A DNA stretch of 248,000 nt from Octopus vulgaris (lineage: Eukaryota): NCBI GenBank assembly GCA_951406725.2, contig OX597825.1, forward strand, positions 14,900,001 through 15,148,000. The letters run 5' to 3'. A model generated the notes under the pieces. It saw nothing but the letters and a program-made list of their open reading frames with translations. It did no database searches and was not told where the DNA came from. Both the position numbers and the translations under genes were made by a program. This document shows, piece by piece, positions 108,975 to 125,150 of the stretch; the first letter of the stretch is position 1; the number at the start of each line of letters is the position of its first letter.

Positions 108975-109705
108975 TTTCTACTGTAGGCACTAGGCCCGAA
109001 ATTTGGGGGAGGGGGAGAAGAGTCAATTAGATTGGCCTCAGTACGCAACTGGTACTTACTTTATCGACCCCGAAAGGATGAAAGGCATAGTCGACCTCGG
109101 CGGAATTTGAACTCAGAACGTAAAGACAGGTGAAATACAGCTAAGCATTTCGTCCGGCGTACTAACGTTTCTGCCAGCAGCCGCCTTCAAAACGTAACGG
109201 CAGACGAAATACATATTTCTTTACTACCCACAAGGGGCTAAACACAGAGAGGACAAACAAGGACAGACAAACGGATTGAGTCGATTACATCGACCCCAGT
109301 GCGTAACTGGTACTTAATTTATCGACCCCGAAAGGATGAAAGGCATAGTCGACTTCGGCGGAATTTGAACTGAGAACGTAACGGCAGACGAAATACGGCT
109401 ACGCATTTCGCCCGGCGTGCTAACGATTCTGCCTGCAGCCGCCTTCAATGCGTAACGGCAGACGAAATACATATTTCTTTACTACCCACAAGGGGCTAAA
109501 CACAGAGAGGACAAACAAGGACAGACAAACGGATTGAGTCGATTACATCGACCCCAGTGCGTAACTGGTACTTAATTTATCGACCCCGAAAGGATGAAAG
109601 GCATAGTCGACTTCGGCGGAATTTGAAATCAGAACGTAACGGCAGACGAAATACGGCTACGCATTTCGTCCGGCGTGCTAACGTTTCTGCCAGCTCGCCG
109701 CCTTA
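108975..109705 (-). mobile_element. SINE A trimer (about 258-bp period); 3'-most unit has tail 2
   Basis: Repeated GCAGACGAAATACATATTTCTTTACTACCC at 109206 and 109464. Confidence 0.85.
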
Positions 109706-110454
109706 TTATCAATCTACTGATTATGCAGTTTCATGTTCTCCAGTTGCCATACAGACAGTCACATCTGAAGTGGCTAAAAATGTAATTGAGTTGCCAAGTA
109801 CTTGATTGTTATTTTAAATTTTAATTCCAAAGATTACAAGCATTTCTTTTCTGAATGGTCTTCTATTAAATACAATATATATTCTGATGCTGCTATTGAG
109901 AATGTCATGAGGAACAAAACAAACTGATCTAAAAAGAAAACTAAGCGTTAAGCCGCTTAACAATACTCTACAAGTGCTAAGCTGATTCTATTCTGTGCAA
110001 CTTGATTCGTTGTGTTGGGAGATTGATATAATGCGAAATGAGATTTAGCTTCTTCAGTTTACATATGTGTTTCGGCAAAATGATAAACCAACATATACAA
110101 TCTTCTATAGTTTACTTGTTAAAATTATTGAACTACGGTCACGCTAGAGCAGAGCATTGATGAGTTCTAGTCGAAATAATTGATAACAGCACATGCACTT
110201 TGGGATTTAGAGAGAGAGGGCGAGAGAAGGAGAGAGCGAGTTTAGCAGAGTTGCCATCCGTCAAATTTATTTAAAATGCATTATCAGCCCAGGTTTATAA
110301 TAGAATATATTCACCCAAGTTGCATTTTGGTTGCAAATGGAACTTGTTAATTTTAAATCTATGTCAAAAGAAACACAATTCCATCATTACTTCTTTGATT
110401 CGGTTTCATGACAAATGAAATACCGTTTTACTGCTCAAAAATGGGACTCTTAAA

Positions 110455-111541
110455 TACGAGGTCTGGCTGGAAAGTCCATAGGCTGACTATGAATGAGTGA
110501 CACAAGAGTTTGAGATTAATTTATACTCTCCTTATTAATAACTCCTGTGTTTCTTTCCAGGTAAAGCGATATCTGAAAGTTGAAAGAAGGCTTCAAATTG
110601 ACTACGTAGCGACTTCTTCTCTTGAAAATGGACAAAGTTTGTCATAATGGTGTAATCAATTACCTACAGAAAAAAGAGTTTAGTCAAAATGACATTCATG
110701 CGGTCATGGCAGCTATATTAGATGATAAACTCGGTTTATCAAAAGAAGAAAAATGGGTAGCTGGATTTTTGTGGCAAGTGGTGAGTAATAAAGATGACCA
110801 TAGGTTTGGACGTTCTCCAATGGCGACTAGTGAAGAAAACATTGACCGTGTTCATCAAATAGTCGGCAGTAACTGGTGATTGACAACAAATCACGTAGCC
110901 AATGCCATTGGCATATCCCGCGAGAGATGTGATAATATTCTATACAATGAACTTAGCATGACGGAGATTTCTGCTCGGTGTGTGAACATCCAACACCTGA
111001 TCACTAGCGCGCCAAGCTATCTGTCCCGCGGGAAAATCTATTCTTTGAGGCTGATCCAGCTGATTTCCTAGAACGTTGTCTGACCCCGAAGGAATGTTGG
111101 GTCTTCGCCGGAGACGAAGAGAAAGCCATGCTTTCGAAAAAAACTCTCCTAGCCCTGTTCCAAAATCACAAGGTCGTTTCATATGCAGGAGGGTTGTTGG
111201 CCTCAATATATTGGGATGAAAAAGGCTTTGCATTTATTGACTATCTTCCAAAGGGCCACACCATCAACGCCAACTTTCTGAGGCTATCATGGCTACTTGC
111301 CCAGGTAAACTGACAAGTCCTTCTTTCATGAGGTCAATGTCCTCGCAAACAGGTCTTTGGTTTCAGAGGCCGTTATGCATGGCCGTCGCTTTGAACTGTT
111401 TAATCGCCGTCCCTATTCTCCTGCAACGCCGATGAAAGAAGTGTGTGGACTCCAAGGTTTGTGTTGAAAAGGAAACCTAATTTGATTACTTCCCCTGAGA
111501 TTATCTTGGTAAGCCTATGAACTTTTCGGCCGACCCTTGTA
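110455..111541 (+). mobile_element. Decayed mariner element, second family
   Basis: TIR-like ends TACGAGGTCTGGCTGGAAAGTCCATAGGCT and AGCCTATGAACTTTTCGGCCGACCCTTGTA; peptide remnants VINYLQKK, YWDEKGFAFIDYLPKGHTIN. Confidence 0.75.
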
Positions 111542-113677
111542 GTTCAAATTATCTTGGAGCGATCAGATACTTAGATGAGATGCGTGTAAGCTGGAAATCA
111601 CAGGGAAACATCTACTACAAATATCCTTAAGTGTAGAAAATAAATTTCATTATGCTTTTTTTTTATTTTGTACGCAATTTCACATTCTATATCTTTGATT
111701 TAATGATTTAATGATTTAATTCTCCTTCAAAATTTTATAGGTTAAAAATACTAAACTGAATCCTAACATATTCCCCATGTACACAAATATTTTATAACTC
111801 ATTTTCCAGAGTATACATGATACATTAGATTTTATACCGGCAATTTTCTGATTTTTTTATTCGATATATGAAATAAATATGTTTTATCGTTTCATCATGA
111901 ATCCGTAAACAGTTAGCAAAATACAGAAGCAACAATATTTACACGATTCGCACTAAAAATATCAAATGCGTCACTCAGAAATATTGTGTAACATAATCAC
112001 AATGCTTTTGAATATTGATTTCCGAACAGAAATCTACAATATCAACCGAAAGAACCTGCTAAAGAAGTTGTTGTCAACCGGGGACCGTATGTCATTGGGG
112101 GCTCCGTGTAAGATTTCGGTGTTAAAGTTTATGTGCAGTAAACGGGTTATACTTCTACAATGAAGGCGTGTGGCTTAATGGTTAGGTAGGTGCATTTGGC
112201 TCGCGTCGTATGGATGTGAGTTCCATTCCCGACGACGCGCTGAGTCCTTGAGAATGTCATTTTATTTTACGTTGCACCGGTTCATTCAGCTGGCAAAAAT
112301 GGCTAGTATCTGAATTTCGAAGGGCCAGCTACTCACACTCCGTGTCACGCCGAATCTCCCTGAGAATTACGTTACGGGGTACAGGTGTTTCTGGAGCCCT
112401 CAACCACATACACGTTGATTTCACGAGCAGGTTGTTCCGTTGACTGAATCAACTGGAACGCTCGTCGTCGTAACCGATGGAACGTCAGTTAATTCTACGA
112501 TACATGAAATATTTCAACAATTTCTTATACAACTCCTAATAATATTGAAATAAAAATAAATAATAGGACTTTTTTAGACATTGAATCGACATGAGGCCCC
112601 AATAGATTAAAGTAAGAATCAAATAGGTCCATAGGAAAAACATATAGGAACACTACGCAAATATATATATACATTTTATAAGGAAGGATTTCAACATATA
112701 TTCAGTAGAAGGCACACAAGATAGCAATGAAATTGAAATAATAATGTTAGTCCCTATCGTATATTAGTTAATAATAACAAAGGGTAAAATTAATTAATTA
112801 AGGAGTAATCAATAATTTCACCAAGTAGAATTGGGCATGAAAAAAGACCATTTCACGGTAAACTTAAGTAACACTTTATAATTAGGGTTCAGCAAAGATT
112901 TGCTTTACCACATACCGAAGTTTGGAAATAGCAATCAAAAACCTTAGCTATTTCTTCTACTTTAAAAAGGGACTCCCAGAAAAACCAAAATACCAAAATA
113001 CTTGAAAACATTGTTATCAAGTATTTTAGTTTTTCTGGGAGTCCCTTTTTAAAGTAAAAGAAATAGCTAAGATTTTTTGACTGCTATTTCTAAACTTCGG
113101 TATGTGGTAAAGCAAATATTTGCTGAACCCTAATTATAAAGTATATTAGTTAATAGATAATATATATTATTATTATATATTATTATTATATATTAATTAG
113201 ATAATAATATTAGTCCCTATACATAAAAGTCAACTGAAAAAAGTAACATTTCCCTCAAAGAAGGGCGCATTGGATTCTGCATTATTGGACAGACACGACC
113301 AATGTAGTAAGGTGGCTTCGGTCAGAAACATTTTTATCGTATGTCTTCTTCACCAACTCCCACTTCCGATAAAACAACGAATGATAATGATCCCCTTTTG
113401 ACAAGAACATAGATGATTGATTTACCGTACGAAATATCATTGACAATAACGTTTGCATCTCTCACAAATGCCTTCACCCGCTGTCTTTGTTTAATATTTT
113501 CTAACATATTTGACACACATTATGAGCAATGTTCCGTTCAGCGTGATTTCATCTATTAATATGTATAAAGGTCGACTTCGACAACTGCCTTGGAATTCGA
113601 TAAATTTACATATCAATTTCCTAAAGCAAACACCTATTGAGACTTCGTAAATTCCAGCAAAAGTAGAATTCATATAA

Positions 113678-113728
<51 letters not shown>

Positions 113729-113851
113729 TAATAATAATAATAATAATGATAATAATAATAATAGTAATAATAATAATAATAATACTTATTATTATTATTA
113801 TAATTATTATGATTATTATTATTATTATTATTGTTGTTGTTGTTGCTGCTG

Positions 113852-113937
<86 letters not shown>

Positions 113938-114159
113938 GTTATTATTATTTTCATTAACATCTTCTTTCAGTTCTGTTTCCATCCCTCGCCGAGTGTCTTC
114001 CTGACACCTAAGACATAGAAACGTACTGTTTACATTGGTAGGCCATTAAAACAAAGGCCCGAGATTGTCCAATTACTAAGTCATGTGATTGAGAAAAGGG
114101 CGAAGACAGAGAGAAAAAGGAAAAAAATATAATATAGAAAAGCAAACGAATAAAATAAA

Positions 114160-116010
114160 GGGAGAAAGGAAAGAAAATTCACAGCGACAATGCTCTTCTG
114201 AATATGTGTGGCGTACTAGTTAAGAAAATCTTTTGCACTTCCTGCATAGATGGTAAGCCAGAGATCATTTTAAAATAATTTTCAATTCCTTTTATCATTT
114301 CAAGTGCTCCTATAATCACTGGTATTGTACACGTCTTGAGATGCCACATCTTTTCGATTTCGAATAGCAAATCTTTGTATTTTCTGAGCTTATCTGAGCT
114401 TATGAAATTCTTGTGCCGAGATAGTATGGTTACAGGGTACGCTAATGTCAAACAAGAAACCGACTTTACTGTTTTCGTCTTTCACGACAAAATCCGGTTT
114501 ACTCTTACTCTTTTACTCTTTTACTTGTTTCAGTCATTTGACTGCGGCCATGCTGGAGCACCGCCTTTAGTCGAGCAAATCGACCCCGGGACTTCTTCTT
114601 TGTCAGGCCAGTACTTATTCTATCGGTCTCTTTTGCCGAACCGCTAAGTGACGGGGACGTAAACACACCAGCATCGGTTGTCAAGCAATGCTAGGGGGAC
114701 AAACACAGACACACAAACACACAGACATATATATATACATATATACGACAGGCTTCTTTCAGTTTCCGTCTACCAAATCCACTCACAAGGCATTGGTCGG
114801 CCCGGGGCTATAGCAGAAGACACTTGCCCAAGTTGCCACGCAGTGGGACTGAACCCGGAACCATGTGGTTGGTTAGCAAGCTACTTACCACACAGCCACT
114901 CCTGCGCCTATATGTTTGTTTATTTTGATGGGAGATCTGTACATTCTGGGTAGTCCCAAACAACAGTTACATTCTCTCCCTTAGTTACGGCCTCAGGGTG
115001 GTGCTTGTACCATTTGTCAGCAGTTTTCATTTTATAATGCCGACACATTATCCAGTGTAGATATTGACCAACTCACTCATGTCTTTCTTTGTATTCTACA
115101 GGTGTTAAAATCTTAGATTAGACTATTTCTATCTAATCGCTGCAGTATCGGCACTTTGGGTCTACACCAGTTTTCATCGCATTGGTTTGATAGTTCCTGC
115201 TCAATAAGCTCTGATCTTAGGCAGCCAAGATAAAGCCTTCACTCTCTGCCTTTAGTTCTGATCTCCATAGTCACTAATGAGTGTGCTTCTGGTCTAGATC
115301 AGATTGTTTGGTACGGGCCACATATTTGATATGAAGAGGTGGTTTTTGTTCCCACCTATTGGCCAAATGTTCAAGCGCATTTTCCTTTACTATTGATTTC
115401 ACCTTCTTTGCAACTACAGTTGCTACGCTTCCCTCATGCTGTTCGACCTGGGTATTATGCATAAACTCACTTCAAAAAATTTTGCCCTCCTTCATATCAG
115501 ATTGAAGCTTCTTACGCCTTTCATGGTTTTCAACGAGGTTTAGTATCCAGTCGTTAGATGTTTCAAGATAGTTTGTCAGTTCAATTGTGGTAGTTTTTAG
115601 GAGATTTCAAATTAGATCACACCTAGATCTCCTTGAGCTGTGGTAGTTAAAGACGATCTGTGTCTGCCTTTGGGTGGTGCATCATATTGCAAGTCAGCAG
115701 CTTACGGGTTTTTCTGTCAATCTTCTTTATTTTGCTCATATTTTAGTTCAACACATGGAAACTGTAAATAACAACCGGATCTGCTAAGGAAATTTGGTAC
115801 CCTATCATTATCAGGATATTTCCACATATGATCATTTGTGGGTGTTATTCTTTGGTCTGCTATTGTGAAGCAGCAGTCTTCTCATCCTTATCATACTCTA
115901 CCGTTACACGCATTTTCTAATCGGACGAAACCGTGCTTCCCATTTGATGATCACCAGTAGTCGAGGGTGAGAACCATTTTCCCTTGTTCAGCTAAGCTTG
116001 GCGTATGTTC
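114160..116010 (-). mobile_element. Dong/R4 LINE fragment split by a SINE B (114500-114909)
   Basis: DKLRKYKDLLFEIEKMWHLKTCTIPVIIGALEMI (RLE C-terminus); HLANRWEQKPLH-like segment upstream. Confidence 0.75.
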
Positions 116011-116477
116011 ATACTTTGTATGGAAGACGTTCCTCATATCATTTGCTGATCAAACTAAACGCTTCTTTTTTACCTTACATTCATACGTTCAGATTAATGT
116101 TTCCAAATTTTACCTCTGATATTGATCGTCAAAAATTTCCTAAAATCTTCAGGGTAATTAGATCTTTAGAGTACGGACTTTCTTTATTGTACTACTACTA
116201 CTACTACTAATACTAATACTACTACTAATACTAATACTACTACTACTACTAATGCTGCTGCTGCTGTTTTTGTTGTTAATCAACAAGAAGGGAAAGGGTG
116301 ATTAGGTGATGGTCCAGGGCTTAGGGGTGGGAGACCCCAGACCTTGGAAAAAAAACCTTTGGTCGTCTTGTTGTAGTCGAGGGTTTTTCGTTGACACCCT
116401 ACACCACTGGGAGGTGGCCCTCGAAGTCGCTGGAAATGGAGATCTCCAGGTCCAAAGTCTTCAACGGCTGCCGTTAA

Positions 116478-116538
<61 letters not shown>

Positions 116539-117232
116539 ACTGCTACTGTTACTACTAGTGTTACTGCTACTGCTGCTGCTGCTGCTGCTACTTAGGTAGA
116601 GGCCTTGGAATATCTCAAGAACGTCGGAGAAATACTTTCTTTCTACTTCATAATTTCTGACTTCACAAACCACTGGAGTCAACTCTACTCTTCTATTCTT
116701 CACTCCATGATCGATATAATAGATTACAAATGAAGACACGAGGCCAATGGTAGCGACTAAACCCCTGTTCTCAAAATCGCTGGTCTTCTGCCCCAATTAT
116801 CATCATCGGAATCTTCATAATTAATATCACTTTTATTATAGAACACATTGTAAGAATTAATTATTTCGTCACATCAACCCCGACTCTTGTGTACGATACT
116901 CACTTGTAACTAAACCGTGATTTATAATTCAAGTTTAGTTTTGCTGTTCACAGCTTTTTAATCAATATTCTTGAGTCATGATGCTAATCTTACCTACAGG
117001 AACCAAACCGAAATAGAATTTATTTATTCCTATCAGATTTATATATTTCGGATATTAGTAGCAGCCTAGGGAATGTTTAGTATTGTATGTAACACGTTAC
117101 ACAAGTTTATTGATGCAGACAAGACAAGAAAGAAAATATTGTGTAAAATTGCACATCGTAGTAGAAATAATAGATTATACGTCACGAAAAACACGACTTT
117201 CATTAAAATGTATGACTTTATACGGTAAGGAA

Positions 117233-117550
117233 GACTTGGGTACTATAGGCCTGAATGTGAATCAAAGGTCCCCACGAGTCGAATTCACAATATTTACGGG
117301 ATATTATACGGTAAGGAAGACTGGGGTACTATAAGCCTGGTACTTATAGTACTGGGGTACTATAAGCCTGGTACTTACAGTACTGGGGTACTATAAGCCT
117401 GAATGTGAATCAAAAGTTCCCACGAGTCGAAATCACAATATTTACGGGAAATTTACGGGAGATTATACGGTAAGGAAGACTGGGGTACTATAAGCCTGAA
117501 TGTGAATCAAAGGTCCCCACGAGTCGAATTCACAATATTTACGGGAGATT
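117233..117550. repeat. Minisatellite, about 85-110-bp unit x3 with internal sub-repeats
   Basis: GAAGACT(T/G)GGGTACTATA(G/A)GCCTGAATGTGAATCAAA..CCACGAGTCGAA recurs three times. Confidence 0.85.
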
Positions 117551-118004
117551 ATGTTGCTTCACAGTCCTAGGATCAAATTATGAAGTTCATGGACTTATCA
117601 TTAGTACCATAGCCAATGGCGATAATCAGGTGTTGCCATCCCTGCAACAGCGTAACTAATATATCTCGACTATCAAATCTTTGTCGTCCAAACCTCTTGA
117701 AGCTCTCTTAGTATTTATTCGTATTTCCTCCAGGTCTTTTCCTTTTTTTTTTTTTTTGCTCGCTGACACAGAAAATATAATTATTATTAGCATTACCAAA
117801 GCAGCAAGCGAGCAGAATTATTGGCACGCCGTACAAAACATTTATCAGTATTTCGTCCGTTATGTATACAAATTCCGACGACATCAACTTAGCTTTTATC
117901 CTCTCAGTGTCTATAAACTAAGTAGCAGTCAAGTACTGGGGTTGATATAATCGACTTACACTATCACCTGTAATTGCCGGCATTGTGCCAAAGCAAAGCT
118001 GGAA

Positions 118005-118054
<50 letters not shown>

Positions 118055-118368
118055 CACTATTACTATACTACTACTACTACATCTAATACCACCACAACAC
118101 TACTACTACTACTACTACAATAACAATGATAGCAAGAATATCTAGGAAAGGGAAGACGAATTTGACATAGGAAAGAAAAACACCACTCACAAATCAACAA
118201 CGTCATACCAGATCATTAATAATATCTCTTGTACCATCCCATAAGCCATCATTACAAGCATATCCCAGGTCACACACACGACCCTTACATCTCATATCCC
118301 AATACCGGGAAAATTTACTCATCATTAACTACGCAGCAATAAAGACTAAATAGAGAGAACTTATTCAA

Positions 118369-118411
<43 letters not shown>

Positions 118412-118693
118412 ATACAGGCGTCTCACACACGCAGACACGAAGAAATAACATACCAACACACATAAACTCATCTTAACAACAAAAGACACATCGCCATTAA
118501 ATTTACATACCATGAAGGAATCGGGTCTTTCAGCAGAAATATTAGCAGACTATGAAAAACCGTTCGCGGGATCATCCACATACAACCATGGGCACAAACC
118601 AACCATCCCCACCCGCTCCACAAATTCACTGTTAGCAACCTACTCACAGGCAGGCAAATGGAGTGACAGATACAGAGACAGATAGACAGATAT

Positions 118694-118771
<78 letters not shown>

Positions 118772-119992
118772 CATCTTTCTCGTTAATATTCCCACATTAG
118801 GAATTTGGTAATGTTATGACTTCTACATTTGTTTCTAAAATTTTATTGCTTATTTTATTCAGATTCATAACAAAAAAGTTAATAATCAAGATATTTTGCA
118901 GGATATTTCGAACCATTTCCATCATACTGTGAACATGAATTTTCAGCAAATCTGACATTTGTAATTTGGGTGCTTCTTTCCAAACTACAAGAAATAAAAC
119001 ATCCTTGAAAGGAAATTTGACTTAATGATCTGCTATGAATTTTCAATGTGACTTCAATTACGGCAGATGTCGATGTCAAAATAATATCCGGAATTAATGG
119101 CGTTGGTGAAACCCTTTGACTAATCTTGCAGAAGGAGATGCATCATTATCACGTTCATTGATATTTCGGCATTATGCGATTGAGGGCCTGATATGTAAAG
119201 GGACTGAGGTCCTTTTATAAAAGGCCCTCCTCTATAATATTATGTAATGATATTTGCTATGCGGTGACATTTATTATGCAGTTGCATAAAAACCCACACA
119301 TCCAGATTCACTTGTCAGTTGCTGTCAACTTTCTATATCTCTTTAAATTGATTTTCGAAGATATATGCAATGTCCATCTTATTACCTTCATTCTCTTACT
119401 AAAAGAGATATTTAAGATTGATATTTTAAAGGCACTGCAAGTTCATCTTAATTTCATGATTTAAATATATCAGAAAATGAATTGAGTATCAAAATACTTT
119501 TTGAAACTTGACACATAAAGATCTTCACTTTTACACATGCATTCATGTTTTTTTTGTTTACTCAATCTGAAAATATATATAATTTTTTCCCATTGATTAC
119601 GTGAACATGTGAGGCAAATGAAGCATTAGTTTATGATAATGCTTTTTCTCTAACTAGTATTTAATTTCAGAACGAGACGTATTCAGTTCTCCGTTTTATT
119701 ACGCATTTTCAACTTGATTTATTCCCTTAAGTGTCATAAAAAGAGGTGCGTCATATTCATTTCATGCAGAGGTCATCTGAGTACTCACAAAAATTTGAGC
119801 CATCAAACAAGGCAATTCATTGCATCATGCCGCGCATCACTTCGTCGAGGTTAAAGTGTCCATGTATTTATAATGACAACATTCCATTCTATCTTACTTT
119901 AGTACATCTTTTTTTTTATCTCTCTCTCTCTCACACACACACACACACGCACACACACAAACACAGACACACACACACACCTACACACACCT

Positions 119993-120028
<36 letters not shown>

Positions 120029-120316
120029 CGATACCGGCACCAAGTTGACCATCAATACTTGTCCAGATCTAGTTGAGGCAAGACGTTATTATTGTAGTAG
120101 TTATTATTGTAGTACTACTGTAGTAGTTTTGTGACTATTCGGTGGCACATAAGCATTTTTCATTTCTCTTTTTAGCAATGTAGGTGCTCATGTAGTGCCC
120201 TTGTGAATGTCTGTGAATATCTAATTCTGTATGTATATATTTCACTAATTTGCCTCAACGGCTGATAATTCGCTTGCCACTCGTGACAGTATTTAGATAG
120301 TGTCATCCCTATATTG

Positions 120317-120347
<31 letters not shown>

Positions 120348-120406
120348 GGGGATGATCCGGTCCTTGACTGATGTTTTTTGCATCGTCTTCTAAATGTTTT
120401 GTCTTT

Positions 120407-120452
<46 letters not shown>

Positions 120453-121453
120453 TGAGGAAGAATGTGATATCTCATTCGTCTGTTTGAATTCGGAAGTACT
120501 GGTCTTTGAATATATGCTATTCGATGGCGTTTCGTCGAGCACGTATGTTAATTATCAGTGTTCTCAAAATATATACAAGGAACTTCTTTCAGTTTCCGTC
120601 TAACAAATACCCTCACAATGCTTTGGTGAGCCTGAACCCGGAACAATGTGGTAAGGAAGCAAGCTTCTTATCACATAGCCACGCCTGCGCCCATAGTCTG
120701 TTGGTTTAATTTACAAAAGTTGAGTGCCTTTAATCTCTTACTTCACTATAACATACAATTTATGCTAAATTTGATGAAGGTTCTAAAAAAAGAAACAAGG
120801 CTTTTATTTCTGCAACAACAGAAGGTACTTTATTACACTCACCGAATTACTTGCAATGCATAGAGGTTTGTATCTTAAAGGCATATGCATGAGAGAATTT
120901 CTAAGGACCAAGTGAGCCTGAACCAACACTTATTCATAATTTAATATACATTTTATCGTAGACATATTTGATCTTATTTATGAGCACATAGATTGCTTTT
121001 ACACTGGATATACAAGGAGAAACTGAGCAAATTAAATACTATGAAGGTTGGCACTTGGAAAATTACATAGAAAAGAAGCGGAATCAATCGATGGCGCTAG
121101 TTTTCCTTTGGGTAATTTTCGAAGGAGTGTGGCGATTGGTTGTTTAGCTTAAGGTCACAGGCTTTGATCAACTTCGTTTCTAATCAAATCATTCTGTGCT
121201 CACCCATCCCGTATATCCATCACACGTACTCAATCCAGTCTGATTATTCGAAAGCATCGTTCCACGTATTAAATTTGTAGAAACGTAGATATACATAAAC
121301 ATGAGTGTAGGTACATATATACACATAGACACATAGAGACGCAGACATACACAATCGCAGACACACACACATACATATATGTATATACATATATATAAAC
121401 ACACACACATATATAAATATAATATATAGATAGAAATATATTCATATATATAA

Positions 121454-121491
<38 letters not shown>

Positions 121492-121660
121492 CAAACAAAC
121501 GTTTATATATATGTATATATATATATATATATATATAAATATATATACATTATATTTGCATATATTTATACACAGACATACACGCATACACACACACACA
121601 CATATATATATATTTATATATATATATATATATATATGTGCATATATATGTATCTATATG

Positions 121661-121890
<230 letters not shown>

Positions 121891-122486
121891 TCATACAAAT
121901 ATATATATATATGTGTGAGTGTATCTTTGTTATGTATATATTTGTACGTATGTTATGCACAATAGGATTTGGATGTTGAAAACACGGGGAATTATTCCCG
122001 CGTAATTTTTGCACAGCCTTGTGGTTTGTGCTTCACTATCCTTGAGTAAGAACTGGCATCCATAATTTCATTGTTGAGAAATCGCTGGAGACTGAAGCAC
122101 ACACTTTATCATGGCATCAGGTATAAATCCTTTTAGGCTGCTTTTGCCGTTACTAATTAAATGCTACGTCTTCATCGACCACACCAAAATGTCAAAAGCT
122201 GTTGATTCCGAAGATTGAAAATGTTTCTCTCTGGAGACTTGTTTTTGATTGATTGAATGTCAGACGTTATAATGAACCGCAGCGTGTTTGTTCCCGACCA
122301 GTCTTTGGACACTTGTTTGCCAAATATTTGTGATAGCATATGGGGCCCTTTCACGTCGTGATGTAATGTATATGTAAAGTATACTCATTAGTATGTCCTT
122401 CTTATTTGCCCTTTCACGTTTTGTTTTCGTTTCTCTCTCTCTTTTACTCTCTCTTTCTCTCTCACTCACTCTGTATTTCTCTCTCT

Positions 122487-122558
<72 letters not shown>

Positions 122559-122602
122559 TAGTCTCTAAAACACGCACTTTAAAGCATTCCTCTAAATATA
122601 TG

Positions 122603-122643
<41 letters not shown>

Positions 122644-123187
122644 CATCATCGTCGATCCATCTGCTTCTTTTCCGCTGGGAAACACTTCTAATGATTCGTT
122701 ATCATTGTTCTTATTGTTTAACCCGGATCAGCTCTGAGTGAGCAGGTTTATGGTCTTACACAGTCAAGCCTAGGCGCAGCCGTAGCTGTGTGTGTTAATA
122801 AGTTTGCTTCCAAACAACATGGTTCTGGGTTCATACCGACTAAGTGGCACCTTCGAAGAGGGCCTTCTACTATAGACGTGGGACGGTCAAAGCCTTGTAT
122901 GTGGACTTGTTGGACGGAAACTGAAAGAAGCCCGTTGTGTACATAAATACATGCATATAACGTTGCGTGGACAGGAGAAGCTGGTATGCATTTCGGCGCT
123001 TATAAGATCACAGATGTTTTTCTAATATGTATAAACTATTTAATCTATACAATATATTTAATCTGCCGCATACACTTACACGTTTTTGATCGATACTCGG
123101 CTACTGTGAAATTTTTACTCAATGTGTGTATACCCACACACAACACACACACATAAGCACACATACGCACACGGACACACACTCATG

Positions 123188-123227
<40 letters not shown>

Positions 123228-123294
123228 CCGACACAAACGTAGATAGAGATAGATAGACAGACACAGAGATAGATAAATAGATAGATAGATAGAC

Positions 123295-123361
<67 letters not shown>

Positions 123362-123410
123362 CAGACACAAACGCAGATAGAGATAGATAGACAGACACAG
123401 AGATAGATAA

Positions 123411-123481
<71 letters not shown>

Positions 123482-123624
123482 TTCCAGCGTTCATGAAATT
123501 ATTATTATAAGCCCCATCAAGGGGCAGGGTAGTATGAACTCCAAGTATTGCAATGTTCATTCTTCTGAACTTTTCCAAATGTTCAAGAGATATATTTGTT
123601 CGTGTTATTGTATTTTTAAAATAA

Positions 123625-123682
<58 letters not shown>

Positions 123683-124142
123683 ATTATTATTTTGTCTTGG
123701 TATAATTCAAGGAATTTCGTCATTCTAACCGAGAACATTCCATACTGAGAATGTCAGATGCATATTTGTGTGTGTGTGTGTTATGTGTGTGTATATGTGT
123801 GCGTGTGCGAGCGCTCATTCTGCGTATACATAGGGAGAGTGTGTTTGTGTGCCTATTCGACCGGTTAGAGAGTTGCACTCATTACTGCGACATCGTTGGC
123901 TTCAGTTCCAGTATTCGGAGATGGTTGTGAGTAAAACGCCTCGGGTCACGTTGCTCCGCGATCACCTCGACCCATGTCATATGGTACACCGTACAGTTTT
124001 TTTTATGGAAACATCGATTTAATGAACTAAATGAGCTAATGCACAGCACGCATTTAATCACTACGAACAAATGAAATATCTATGCTATTGAACAACCTAC
124101 TAAGATATATATGTGAGTATGTGTGTATGTGTGTGTATGCAG

Positions 124143-124189
<47 letters not shown>

Positions 124190-124656
124190 CATATGTGTGT
124201 GTCTGTGTGTCGATATATATATATATATATATATATGGTGGAATATTTCATTCGGGAGGGGCGTACTGCCCCGATGATTTTAGCCTGGTCTCTGAGTATA
124301 TAATGATCAATACGTGATGAAGTTTTAAAATAGAAACAGTTCTCTACTTCAACATGCTTTGACATGATTTGTTCATTTGTTTTTTGAGATGGAGAACATG
124401 ACACAGAGAGTCTGTAACTGCTTCATTGCTTGTAGAAATGTCATCAATTAATAAAATACATTTGCAACTCTGTATTAAACCATTGCAATGGAAAAGACTG
124501 ACTTCCATTGGCCTATACGTCCAACGTTTATCAAAGAATTAAATTATGTAACCACGTATATATCTGTGTAGATATGTGTATTCGTCTGCGCATGTGTGGG
124601 AGTTGGTTAGTGATTGTGTTCATGTATATATGCATGTACATATGTATGTATATATG

Positions 124657-125150
124657 TATTAGGGCATCCCATAAATAATGCGGTTTTCTTATACTTTTAT
124701 TTTTCAAAATTAAGATACCCAAATTTCTTTTTTAATCTAAAATATACTATGCTTCATTTTGTACAATGATCTTCCATATATCTGGTAGACTTGCAAGACC
124801 CCTCTTCTAAAATTCACTTGTCCCTGACGATAAATACTCCTCCTTTACTGTTCTGACCTCGTATACAGAATTCATATTTTTTCCATCCAAATGATTTTGA
124901 AAACTGTAGAATGAATGATAATCAGATGGGGCAATGTCTGGCGAATATGGTGGGAGGGGAATAATTTCCAGATCACACTGCTTCAGCCGTTCAAATTCCA
125001 TCCTCACTGTATGTGGCCGAGCATTATCCTGATGGAAGACAATATTCCGTGTTGAAAACCAAGATGGTTGTTTTTCTTCTAGCGCTGACTTAAGCCGCTC
125101 AAGCTGCTCGCAGTAGATCTCCTTTGTTATTGCTTGGTTCAACTTTTCCT
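124657..125150 (-). mobile_element. Mariner 3' half, third family
   Basis: IVFHQDNARPHT...PPYSPDIAPSDYH (D,D34D catalytic region); TIR TATTAGGGCATCCCATAAATAATGCGG. Confidence 0.85.

Noticed and set aside
117233-117550. CRISPR-like repeat array
   Set aside because: Eukaryotic context; units are wholly repeated with no unique spacers, so this is a minisatellite.
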